NCBI GenBank assembly: GCA_043732485.1
Contig: JAYTHP010000026.1
Coordinates: 1 to 19,217 of the forward strand
DNA: 19,217 nt
Source of the DNA: Oligoflexia bacterium
GTDB lineage: Bacteria > Bdellovibrionota > UBA1018
Reading direction: 5' to 3'
In this document: positions 8,934 through 17,274 of the stretch, piece after piece
How the letters are laid out: each line of letters starts with the position of its first letter
How positions within the stretch are numbered: the first letter of the stretch is position 1
Notes under the pieces: generated by a model
Database searches by the model: none
What the model saw: only the letters and a program-made list of their open reading frames with translations
What the model was told of the DNA's origin: nothing
Translations under genes and position numbers: made by a program

Positions 8934-10340
8934 CTAGAGCTGTTCCACTAATTTTCTAAAGTAATGACCCCGTTCTTCAAAGTTCCTAAACAAATCGAAG
9001 CTCGCACAAGCCGGACTGAGCAGCACGATATCGCCGCTGCGTGATTTTTGATAACTCAACAACACGGCCTCTTCAAACGACCCCACCAAATAGGTCTCCG
9101 TCAGATCACCCAGGGTGCGGTTGATTTTCTCTTTCGCCTCGCCGTACAAAACTAAAATCTTGCACTTTTGCTTCACCAGCTCTACGAGCGGCGTAAAATC
9201 GCTATCCTTATCCTTCCCGCCTGCAATTAAAATCACCGGGCTGCTAGCAAACGCCGCTAAGCTTTTTTGTACACTCATCACGTTGGTGCCCTTGGAGTCG
9301 TTAAAGAAAAACACCCCGTCCTTCTTGCGGACAAATTCCAAGCGATGCGGCACCCCTTTAAACTCAGCAATCACCTTGCGAATGCAGGCCGCAGGCAATC
9401 CCATGACGGTTGCTGCGCACGCGGCTGCCATGAGATTCTCACGGTTATGGGAGCCCAAGAGTTTAAAAGGCGTGAGGTCAAAGTGCACGGTTTCGTCGCC
9501 AAAATGAGTGACCATCTCTTTGGCCGCCGGCTTGCCAGGCTTTTTGCTAGGCGCAAGGTAAGCCCCTTGATAAGGTCTCGTCTCAGCGGTAGCCGCTGAC
9601 CCTTTATCCCGCTTGCTCCACCACACGACTTTCCCCTCGTGCGCCTCGCCCCAAGCCCTTAAAATAGGATCTTCCTCATTCAAAATCACGGTTGCCTGAT
9701 CAGACAAGCAAGCGATTAAAAGATTTTTCTTGGCCGCCTGATAAGCCGCAAAACTGCCATAGCGATCCAAATGATCAGGCTCAAGGTTGGTCAAGACCGC
9801 CACGCGCGGCTTCAAGCTCGGTAAAACCTCTAATTGAAAACTAGACAGCTCAGCGACTACCCAATCAACTTTACTGGCCGAGAGCACGTAATCCAGCAGC
9901 GGGGTGCCGATATTACCGCCTACAAAGACCTTTTTTCCAGCCGCCTTAGCCATTTCCCCAATCAAAGTGGTGGTGGTAGTTTTGCCGTTCGTGCCTGTGA
10001 CTGCCACGATCGGTTCCCGGATCAAGCTGATGGCCAACTCTGCTTCACTGAGGAGGATTTTTTGCGCCAACTTCGCCTCTTGCAACAGCGGGTTTTCCCA
10101 AGGCACTCCAGGACTGACCACAATGACGTCGGCTGCTAGGAAAAACTCCCGCTGATGAGGACCAAATTCAAACTGCACCGCTAAACCCTCGCATTGCTGC
10201 ACAAACTGCGCGCAGGCCTGAGCGGTTTTCGCCTCCACTACGGTGATGATCGCCTGCTGCTGACTCATAAAGCGCGCCACGGCCACCCCGGAAAGCCCTA
10301 AACCGACAATAAGTACTTTTTTTCCCTGAAAATCAGTCAT
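8934..10340 (-). CDS. murD: UDP-N-acetylmuramoyl-L-alanine--D-glutamate ligase
   Basis: Motifs GLGLSG, VVSPG, VTGTNGKTTT, GGNIG, ELSSFQL, DHLDRY, NDSKGTN and LSPACASFD. Confidence 0.98.
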   Translation of the reverse strand: MTDFQGKKVLIVGLGLSGVAVARFMSQQQAIITVVEAKTAQACAQFVQQCEGLAVQFEFGPHQREFFLAADVIVVSPGVPWENPLLQEAKLAQKILLSEAELAISLIREPIVAVTGTNGKTTTTTLIGEMAKAAGKKVFVGGNIGTPLLDYVLSASKVDWVVAELSSFQLEVLPSLKPRVAVLTNLEPDHLDRYGSFAAYQAAKKNLLIACLSDQATVILNEEDPILRAWGEAHEGKVVWWSKRDKGSAATAETRPYQGAYLAPSKKPGKPAAKEMVTHFGDETVHFDLTPFKLLGSHNRENLMAAACAATVMGLPAACIRKVIAEFKGVPHRLEFVRKKDGVFFFNDSKGTNVMSVQKSLAAFASSPVILIAGGKDKDSDFTPLVELVKQKCKILVLYGEAKEKINRTLGDLTETYLVGSFEEAVLLSYQKSRSGDIVLLSPACASFDLFRNFEERGHYFRKLVEQL

Positions 10341-10505
10341 GCACTTTTTTCCTTCTGTCTCTACACCTCAGACACACCGACCCAATCGCCTGCCCGCCAA
10401 CTTTTTTGAGCGCTTTCGACTCTTCGCCGCTGCGGCCTCACCCCCTTCTTTTTTTTTCTCTCTCTCACCTCCCCTATCCTCTCTTGTCCCGGGGGCATGG
10501 GGGGT

Positions 10506-11582
10506 TTACCTTAACTTGAGCGTCGAGAGCGTAAAAAGAGACAGTAAAATAGAGATAATCCAAAAACGGACAATAATCTTCGGTTCCGCCCAGCCCTTAA
10601 GCTCAAAATGGTGATGAATGGGCGCCATCCTGAGCACCCTACGACCGGTGAGCTTAAAAGAAATGACTTGGGCCATCACCGATAAGGCCTCCACCACAAA
10701 CACCCCACCACAAAGCACCAAAATCAATTCGTTTTTAGAAATCACCGCCACTAAACCCAAGGCCGCCCCCAAAGCTAACGCCCCCACATCACCCATAAAG
10801 ACCTGGGCTGGATAGGTGTTAAACCATAAAAAACCCAAGCAAGAACCGGCCATCGCCCCACAAAAAACCGCCAATTCCCCGGCGCTCGGCACGCCTGGGA
10901 TCTGCAAGTACTCAGCAATTTTACTGTGACCGGCACAATAGGTCAAAATCAAGAGGGTGCCTGCCGTGGTAATCACCGGTCCCACTGCTAAGCCATCCAA
11001 ACCATCCGTCAAATTGACCGCGTTGGAACTGCCGACGATCACCAGCATGGAAAAAAGGATAAAAAAAGGCCCTAAATCCACTCCCCACTCCTTAAAAAAG
11101 GGAAAGCGCAGCACGGTGGAGGTCTCACCCAGGCTGTACAGCCAAACCCCAGCAATCAAAGCAATCAGAATTTGCCAAGTCAATTTCTGTAAAGAAGACA
11201 GCCCCTTGGAGTTCTTGCGGATCACTTTGCGATAGTCATCCAAGGTGCCTAAGACCCCAAAGGAAAAAGTCACAAAAAAAGCAATCCAAATCGAGACATT
11301 ACTGCAATCCGCCCATAACGCGGTGGAGAGGAAAATTGAAAAAAGAATCAGCCCCCCACCCATGGTCGGGGTTCCCTGTTTTTGCAGGTGGGTTTGCGGA
11401 CCATCCGAGCGGATGGCCTGACCCATTTGATAGCGCTGCAAAAGTCTAATAAAACTAGGACCCAGCGCCATGCACAAGATCAGACTTTGAATGGTGGCAC
11501 CAAAGGTCCGAAAGGTAATGTACTTAAAGACGTTTAAAAAATTATATTGCAGATGATACGGGTAAAGCAGCTCAAGAAACAT
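10506..11582 (-). CDS. mraY: Phospho-N-acetylmuramoyl-pentapeptide transferase
   Basis: Motifs [36 protein letters not shown] and MAPIHHHFE. Confidence 0.98.
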   Translation of the reverse strand: MFLELLYPYHLQYNFLNVFKYITFRTFGATIQSLILCMALGPSFIRLLQRYQMGQAIRSDGPQTHLQKQGTPTMGGGLILFSIFLSTALWADCSNVSIWIAFFVTFSFGVLGTLDDYRKVIRKNSKGLSSLQKLTWQILIALIAGVWLYSLGETSTVLRFPFFKEWGVDLGPFFILFSMLVIVGSSNAVNLTDGLDGLAVGPVITTAGTLLILTYCAGHSKIAEYLQIPGVPSAGELAVFCGAMAGSCLGFLWFNTYPAQVFMGDVGALALGAALGLVAVISKNELILVLCGGVFVVEALSVMAQVISFKLTGRRVLRMAPIHHHFELKGWAEPKIIVRFWIISILLSLFTLSTLKLR

Positions 11583-11618
11583 TATTAGATGTTAATAATT
11601 TTAAGAATCAACTGTCAA
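11583..11618 (-). promoter_or_regulatory. Putative sigma70 promoter directly upstream of mraY
   Basis: Minus strand: TTGACA (11618-11613), 18-nt spacer, TAACAT (11594-11589), 6 nt, then ATG (11582). The spacer is strongly AT-rich. Confidence 0.6.
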
Positions 11619-11647
11619 CTCTATTGTCGCAAACCGCAACTCCTCAG

Positions 11648-13288
11648 CTAGGAAATTTGGGTGCGACGCCAGAGCAAAGCGCGCGCTGCCACCTCGCGGT
11701 CATCAAACGCCTTTGCCTCCCCCCCACTGCCCCATTGCAGCCGCTCGTGTCCTTTGCCAGCAATCAGCACCTGATCGCCGGGGCGCGCCAGTGCTAAGGC
11801 TTGATAAATAGCTTTTTCGCGGTCACTTTCGACTTGCACTTGCGTCTCCCCCGCACCGGCTTGCGCCACTCCTTGAAGAATTTCTGTGATGATCTGCTGG
11901 GGGTCCTCGCTGCGAGGATTATCAGACGTCACCACAAGCCAATCCGAATACTGAGCGGCAATCTGACCCATCAGCGGGCGCTTGGCCCGATCGCGCTCCC
12001 CACCACAGCCAAACACGGTAATCAGCCTAGCCCCTTGCTTTTTAAAAGCCCCTAAAGCGGTAAGCACCGACTTTAAGGCTTCGGGCTTGTGGGCGTAATC
12101 CACCCAGACGTCAATCTCAGCCCCGCCCTCTTCTTGCTCAAGTGTGACTTTCTCTAAACGCCCAGGGATCCGCTCGAAAGCACTCAAGGCCCCTGCAATG
12201 ACGCTGTCACTGACCCCCAACGCTTGGGCTAGGTGGCTTGCGGCCGCAATATTCCAGGCATTAAACTCTCCCACCAGCTTTGACACCACCGCAACACCGC
12301 CAAAGTCACCCACGATGCCCGCTTCACTGAGCGCAAGCGCAGACGGCGGCTGATAAAAGATCACCTCAGGGCTGGCTTGGGGTTGGCTACTGCCACTCAA
12401 GCGCTCACGTGCGCTCCCTAGCGATCCCAGCTGTTCTGGCCAGTCGTGCGCCTGAGACTCAGGCTGCTTGGGAAATTGCGCAAAATCATTGATGCATTGC
12501 TGCATTTTTCTCCCCTCGGCACTTACAGGCAGCAGCGCCACGGGTTTTTTTCCTGCAAGACGAGAAAAGTACGCTTGTTCGGTAAAAAGCAGCGCTTTGG
12601 CCTGAAAATAGCGCTCCATCGTCTGATGATAATCCAGATGCTCGTGCGAGAAATTGGTAAAAATCATGCCATCAAACGGCACCCCCGCCACTCTGCTTTG
12701 ATCGAGCGCATGCGAGGAGACTTCCATCACCACCGCCGTGCACCCGGCGGCTTGCCTCATCTCACGAAACAAAGCTGCAAGCTCCAGCCCAGACGGGGTG
12801 GTCATTTGTGAGGGCCGCTTTTTTTCCCCGACGCGAATCTCCACCGTCCCAATCAAGCCCACCGTGTGTCCGGCGGCTTGTAAAATGGCTGCCACCAGGT
12901 AACTCACCGAGGTCTTGCCACTGGTACCAGTAACGCCAAGGATCAGCATCTCTTCTGCAGGAAACTCATAAAAAGCCGCAGCCAGCAGCGACAAACAACG
13001 CCTGGCATCCGCCACCTGCAAGAGCGCCGCACCTGCCGGCAAAACCGACTGCGCGCGCTTAAGGTCCTCCACGACTATCAAACAAGGGGCTTGCTGGTAA
13101 GCACGCGCTAAGTCCGCGTAAGCATCATGATGACTGCCTTGGATGACCACCCAGATCATCCCGGGCTGCAACAACTCGCGGGTGTCGCTTGCCACGCCAC
13201 TCACCCACTGGGCTTGCAATTGCGCCGCACTTAATTGCGCTGCCAGGGGCTCTAATTGTCTTACGAGGAGCTCGCTTAGCTTCTTCAT
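11648..13288 (-). CDS. murE: UDP-N-acetylmuramoyl-L-alanyl-D-glutamate--meso-diaminopimelate ligase
   Basis: Motifs GVTGTSGKT, MEVSSHAL, HLDYH, PGRLE, VDYAH, FGCGGERDRAKRPLMG, SDNPRSE (DNPR is the mDAP-specificity motif) and IAGKGHE. Likely start is ATG 13288 (MKKLSELL); the frame extends to a GTG at 13375. Confidence 0.96.
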   Translation of the reverse strand: MKKLSELLVRQLEPLAAQLSAAQLQAQWVSGVASDTRELLQPGMIWVVIQGSHHDAYADLARAYQQAPCLIVVEDLKRAQSVLPAGAALLQVADARRCLSLLAAAFYEFPAEEMLILGVTGTSGKTSVSYLVAAILQAAGHTVGLIGTVEIRVGEKKRPSQMTTPSGLELAALFREMRQAAGCTAVVMEVSSHALDQSRVAGVPFDGMIFTNFSHEHLDYHQTMERYFQAKALLFTEQAYFSRLAGKKPVALLPVSAEGRKMQQCINDFAQFPKQPESQAHDWPEQLGSLGSARERLSGSSQPQASPEVIFYQPPSALALSEAGIVGDFGGVAVVSKLVGEFNAWNIAAASHLAQALGVSDSVIAGALSAFERIPGRLEKVTLEQEEGGAEIDVWVDYAHKPEALKSVLTALGAFKKQGARLITVFGCGGERDRAKRPLMGQIAAQYSDWLVVTSDNPRSEDPQQIITEILQGVAQAGAGETQVQVESDREKAIYQALALARPGDQVLIAGKGHERLQWGSGGEAKAFDDREVAARALLWRRTQIS

Positions 13289-13302
13289 CTTAGCTTCTTC
13301 AT
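13275..13302. repeat. Perfect 14-bp tandem duplication spanning the murE start codon
   Basis: CTTAGCTTCTTCAT occurs twice (13275-13288, 13289-13302); on the minus strand it reads ATGAAGAAGCTAAG twice. Confidence 0.92.
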
Positions 13303-13412
13303 CATGGTGTGCTTTATCCTCTTTTTCATCGCTCCGTTGCTGCAACCGCTCTCGTGAAAGGCTCTTGCGCCTCACAGCCCAAACTTGCTGGGTCCCTGGC
13401 GACAGGCTAGGT

Positions 13413-15851
13413 TCACGGCATGGGCGTTGTCGCTGTTGCTGGCGGTGGGTCGCTTTTTAACAACAGCTCAATGGCGTCGATTTTTTTCAACAAGGTTCCG
13501 GCTGCAGGTTTTTGTTGGCTCACCCAGCCAACCCCTCGCAGGCTGACCGGCCCCAAAAGTCTGAGGGCTTCCCGCCCGCTCAGTCCAATCACAGCCGGCA
13601 TGACCGCAAGGTCGCCCCCCCCAGCTGCGGGAGCAGGGGGCCGCACACCACCACCGCTGACAAAGACCTCTAGTCCGAGAAAGGTTGCAAGCGCTGGTGC
13701 CGCTTGACTCACAGTGAGCTGGTCACTGATCTGGCCACTGATCTGGCCACTGACCCCTTGAAGAACCTGCGAGGCTACGACCTGCGGCAAGTCTTTCGCC
13801 GCAGCCGTGACGGTCGAGGCAGGCGCAAGCGACGCCAACGTCTGCGCGGGCTCGACCCGCCGCAGCCAGCGGTTGGCTAAACTTTGGAAGACCTCGCGAA
13901 ACAACGGCGCTGCGGTTTCTGAGGCATAATAGCGCCCCTGCGGCTCGCTGAGCAAGGTCAAAACGACGTAAGGCAGTTCCCCGTTTTTCGCAAAGCCAAT
14001 AAACGAGGCGACAAAGCGTTGGTGCGAATAGAGCCCAGTTGCGGCATCCAGCAGCTGGGCCGTGCCTGTTTTTCCAGCAATTTCGATGCCTGGCACGGCA
14101 GCCTTCCCGCCGGTCCCACCTTTTTGCGTCACCAACCCCAGGCTTTCGCGCAAGGCCCGGGCGGTTTGCTCAGAAAACACCCGCACCACCGACGACGCCG
14201 ACTGGCACCCTGGGAAGTGAGGCAGCAGGGAAGGGTTCGCTGCCGCCAGGCCTTGGTTTTCCCGTTCACCCTCCGCTGACTTGCAGCCTTCTGCCATCTG
14301 CCACTGCGGGGTCACGAGCCAACCGCCGTTTAACATGGCAGCGTAGGCGCGTACCATTTGCAAGGGGGTGACTAACAGCCCGTGACCAAACCCCACCGTG
14401 GCAAGTAAGAGCGAGGAATGAGCCCTTTTGCCCTGAGCGCTGGCGTCTTGATGCGCAAGCGGCAGCTGGCCTGGACTTTCTCCTGGAAAACCCACCCCCG
14501 TGCGAGCACCAAAGCCTAAGGCCACCATCATCGCCCGAAAATCCCTCCATCCCACCTGTAGGGCCAGCTTGGCTGCCACCACGTTGCTCGAGACTTGGAT
14601 CATCCGCGCCAGCGACAACCAACCGAAATTCTCGTGATTTTCTGCTTCCGTAATCCGGTGTCCCTGCAGCCGTAAACTCTCCTTCCCTCCCCACAGTTGG
14701 TCGCTCAACTGAAAGCCCTTTTCAAGGGCTGCTGCCAGGAGAATCGCCTTAAACGTCGAGCCAGGCTCATAACCATCACTCAAAGCGAGATTACGCCGCA
14801 AGTCCCAGTCTTTTTTCGTGAGCACTTTGAGCTTAGAGCGCGCCTTCAGACTCCAGTCCTGGTTAGGATCAAAGCCTGGCTGCTGGGCTAGCGCCACCAG
14901 CTCGCCTGTTAGCGCATTCATTACCACCACCATGCCCGTTTTGGCGTGGGTGGTAGCAAGCGAACTTTTGAGTTGATTCTCAATTTCAAACTGCAAGGAG
15001 GCATCCAGCGCCAGGCGCACCGTGCTGCCCTGCTCGCCCGCGTTCACCCCCTCGCTCGTCCCCGCACTTCCCAGCTCGTCCTTCATGAAGCCTGAGAAAA
15101 GTGCCGCGCGCAGGCCACTTTTCCAATCCACCGCAGGCGCACTTTTTAGCGCCTGCTGCACCGCCGAGTGCTGCCTGATCTGACCCCGCAACTTGCGGTT
15201 AAAGACCAGCTCCATGCCCTCACGCCCCTCTAAATCCATATCCACTGAGCCGATCACTTGCGACGCCAACGCCCCGTGGGGGTAAAACCTGGCGTTTTCC
15301 TTCAGTAACTTTAATCCGGAAAACTCCCCTCCGGCCCCATCCCCTGCCAGTAAGCGGTTTTGTGGCAAAAAGTGAGCTTTTTTCAACTGTTGGACTTCTT
15401 GGGGGGTGAGATAGCGCTTGATCCAGACAAAATCGCGCGGCTGATGCAGCTTTGCACTCAACCGCTGCAGCCAAAGGTCCGAGCGGTCCGAGTGGTTCAG
15501 CACCTTGGCTAAAGCGACTACCATCTCGCGCTTGTATTTGACCCGCTTCGGGAAGGCCGCTAAACTATCGACTTCCCAGTTCACCGCTAACGGCTCGCCC
15601 TTGCGATCGACGATCAAGCCGCGCGAAGGCCGCTCAGGCACCGCCGGGTGATCCTGTTTTTTGGCCCACTCCGCTAACTTCTCCTGTTGGGTTAAGCTCA
15701 ACCAGCCGGCTTGCAAGCCGATCAGCGCCATGCACAGCCCGGTGACAACAAAAACCGCTTGAATCTTCAAACGATGAGGAGGAGGCATTGTTTTGGCTGC
15801 CCCGCGATCCAGGTGAGGTTGGGCCGCGGACTGCGGCGTCTCAGTTTTCAT
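13413..15851 (-). CDS. ftsI: Cell division transpeptidase FtsI (PBP3) with a C-terminal PASTA-like domain
   Basis: N-terminal TM, RGLIVDRKG, RFYPHG, G.EGME, SxxK (EPGSTFK), SxN (SSN) and KTG (GKTGT). PASTA-like end MPAVIGLS..EAL. It overlaps ftsL by 11 bp. Confidence 0.93.
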   Translation of the reverse strand: MKTETPQSAAQPHLDRGAAKTMPPPHRLKIQAVFVVTGLCMALIGLQAGWLSLTQQEKLAEWAKKQDHPAVPERPSRGLIVDRKGEPLAVNWEVDSLAAFPKRVKYKREMVVALAKVLNHSDRSDLWLQRLSAKLHQPRDFVWIKRYLTPQEVQQLKKAHFLPQNRLLAGDGAGGEFSGLKLLKENARFYPHGALASQVIGSVDMDLEGREGMELVFNRKLRGQIRQHSAVQQALKSAPAVDWKSGLRAALFSGFMKDELGSAGTSEGVNAGEQGSTVRLALDASLQFEIENQLKSSLATTHAKTGMVVVMNALTGELVALAQQPGFDPNQDWSLKARSKLKVLTKKDWDLRRNLALSDGYEPGSTFKAILLAAALEKGFQLSDQLWGGKESLRLQGHRITEAENHENFGWLSLARMIQVSSNVVAAKLALQVGWRDFRAMMVALGFGARTGVGFPGESPGQLPLAHQDASAQGKRAHSSLLLATVGFGHGLLVTPLQMVRAYAAMLNGGWLVTPQWQMAEGCKSAEGERENQGLAAANPSLLPHFPGCQSASSVVRVFSEQTARALRESLGLVTQKGGTGGKAAVPGIEIAGKTGTAQLLDAATGLYSHQRFVASFIGFAKNGELPYVVLTLLSEPQGRYYASETAAPLFREVFQSLANRWLRRVEPAQTLASLAPASTVTAAAKDLPQVVASQVLQGVSGQISGQISDQLTVSQAAPALATFLGLEVFVSGGGVRPPAPAAGGGDLAVMPAVIGLSGREALRLLGPVSLRGVGWVSQQKPAAGTLLKKIDAIELLLKSDPPPATATTPMP
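13724..13753. repeat. In-frame 12-bp tandem repeat (2.5 copies) in the ftsI linker
   Basis: CACTGATCTGGC twice plus CACTGA, encoding SGQISGQIS. Confidence 0.88.
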
Positions 15852-16155
15852 CAGACTCCGTGGCTAAATCCGTGGCTAAGTGAATGACTTGCCCCCACTT
15901 GGCAGGCCCAAGCCCCAGCAGTGCTTGTTGTTGCGTGGCAATTCTCTCTAAATGCTGCGGCGATCGCAGCGCCGACACCTGCACTTGCACTTGATCGCGC
16001 TGCTGCAAGGCCTTGGCCACCTTTTGCTCCTCCGCCCGAATGGCATAGGTGAGGTTGATGATGTGTAAACGCAACCACACCGTGACGGATGCGAACGTCA
16101 TCAGAGAAAAAAGCGCTAAGAGGATCCAGGGAGCCTGCAAACGGGGGCGTGACAT
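15841..16155 (-). CDS. ftsL: Cell division protein FtsL
   Basis: 104 aa with a short cytoplasmic tail, one TM, a coiled coil and 'LRSPQHLERIA'. It lies between rsmH and ftsI and has SD AAGGAG. Confidence 0.85.
   Translation of the reverse strand: MSRPRLQAPWILLALFSLMTFASVTVWLRLHIINLTYAIRAEEQKVAKALQQRDQVQVQVSALRSPQHLERIATQQQALLGLGPAKWGQVIHLATDLATESDEN
15857..15880. repeat. In-frame 12-bp tandem repeat at the ftsL 3' end
   Basis: TCCGTGGCTAAA / TCCGTGGCTAAG, encoding LATDLATE. Confidence 0.8.
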
Positions 16156-16224
16156 GGGGCGTTCTCCTTTTTTCTGCTCCCTACCGAAGGCCTAAGCTGA
16201 CGGCCGCCTACTTGCTAACAAACC

Positions 16225-17274
16225 CTAAGGACCGATTCTTTGCGCGATTCTGAGCTTCGCGCTCCGCGCACGTGGATTACCGGCCACCTCCTGCGTGCTT
16301 GCCACTTGCGGCTTTTTCGTTAGCACTTTCCAGCTCGCAGCCTCGCGCAAGGCCTGCTTCACCCTGCGGTCCTCCAAGGAATGAAAGCTTAAGACGCCCA
16401 AACGACCGCCAGGGACGACGTGATCTGCGGCTTGGCTTAAAAACCTGTCCAGCGCCACTAACTCCTGATTGACTGCAATTCGTAGCGCTTGAAAGGTGCG
16501 AGTGGCGCCATGAATCCGCCCATGCCTGGCGGAACGCGGCAGGGCCTGAATCACCGCTTGCGCCAACTCCTGCGTCGTTTGCAGCGGCAAACCCTGCTCG
16601 CGTCTGAGCACCAGATGGGCTGCAATCTCGCGGGCAAAGGGCTCTTCACCACCACTGGCGATCAACTCCGCTAACTCTCGCTCGGACACTTGCGCCAGCA
16701 ACTGCGCACAAGACATCCCTTGCTGCCGATTGAGTCGCATATCAAGCGGCCCCTCCTGCTGAAAACTTAACCCGCGCTCCGGGTCAGCCAGCTGATCGCT
16801 GGAAAACCCTAAATCCACCATGAGTGCAAGCAACCGCGCAGACACCCGGCGCCCGTCTCGCTTGCCCTGCCAATACTCCCCCAGATTGGCAAACGAAACG
16901 TGCGCAAGCTCGAGCCGCCCTTCTGCAATCTCGCGGGCAAAGCGCACCTGCCCGCGCGCCACCGCCTGCGCGTCGCAATCGATACTCAAAACCCGTTGTG
17001 GCCTGCCTGATGGCGCCGGATGCTTGCGCAAAAACTCCAAGGCCGCAGCCGTATGCCCTCCCCCACCCAGCGTACCATCCACCCACCAGAGCTCTTCCCG
17101 GCTATCGTCGTCTTCGCGTTCTAAAAAAGCGCGCTCTAAAAAAGCCTGCCCCAACCCTTCCACTAAGGGTTGCAGCATAATCGGGATATGACAAGACGGC
17201 GCCCCCAGCTCCGTGCGCTTCTCCTCTAACTGACTCCCAGGCTTCGGACCCAGCCCTTCACTCATGCGCCTCAT
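16225..17274 (-). CDS. rsmH: 16S rRNA m4C1402 methyltransferase RsmH (MraW)
   Basis: Motifs HIPIM, DGTLGGGGHT, DLGFSSDQL, PLDMR, ATRTFQALRIAVNQEL, SFHSLEDRRVK and NPRARSAKLR. Start is 17274 or 17265. Confidence 0.97.
   Translation of the reverse strand: MRRMSEGLGPKPGSQLEEKRTELGAPSCHIPIMLQPLVEGLGQAFLERAFLEREDDDSREELWWVDGTLGGGGHTAAALEFLRKHPAPSGRPQRVLSIDCDAQAVARGQVRFAREIAEGRLELAHVSFANLGEYWQGKRDGRRVSARLLALMVDLGFSSDQLADPERGLSFQQEGPLDMRLNRQQGMSCAQLLAQVSERELAELIASGGEEPFAREIAAHLVLRREQGLPLQTTQELAQAVIQALPRSARHGRIHGATRTFQALRIAVNQELVALDRFLSQAADHVVPGGRLGVLSFHSLEDRRVKQALREAASWKVLTKKPQVASTQEVAGNPRARSAKLRIAQRIGP
17116..17145. repeat. In-frame 15-bp tandem repeat in rsmH
   Basis: GCGTTCTAAAAAAGC / GCGCTCTAAAAAAGC (one mismatch), encoding AFLERAFLER. 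Confidence 0.85.

Noticed and set aside
10506..11582. Lower GC of mraY as a sign of horizontal transfer
   Set aside because: Explained by the Phe/Ile/Leu-rich membrane protein composition, and the gene is in its normal dcw position.
8814..17145. Short direct repeats as a CRISPR array or transposon target-site duplications
   Set aside because: Units are adjacent with no spacers, are unrelated to each other, and there is no cas gene, transposase or terminal inverted repeat.
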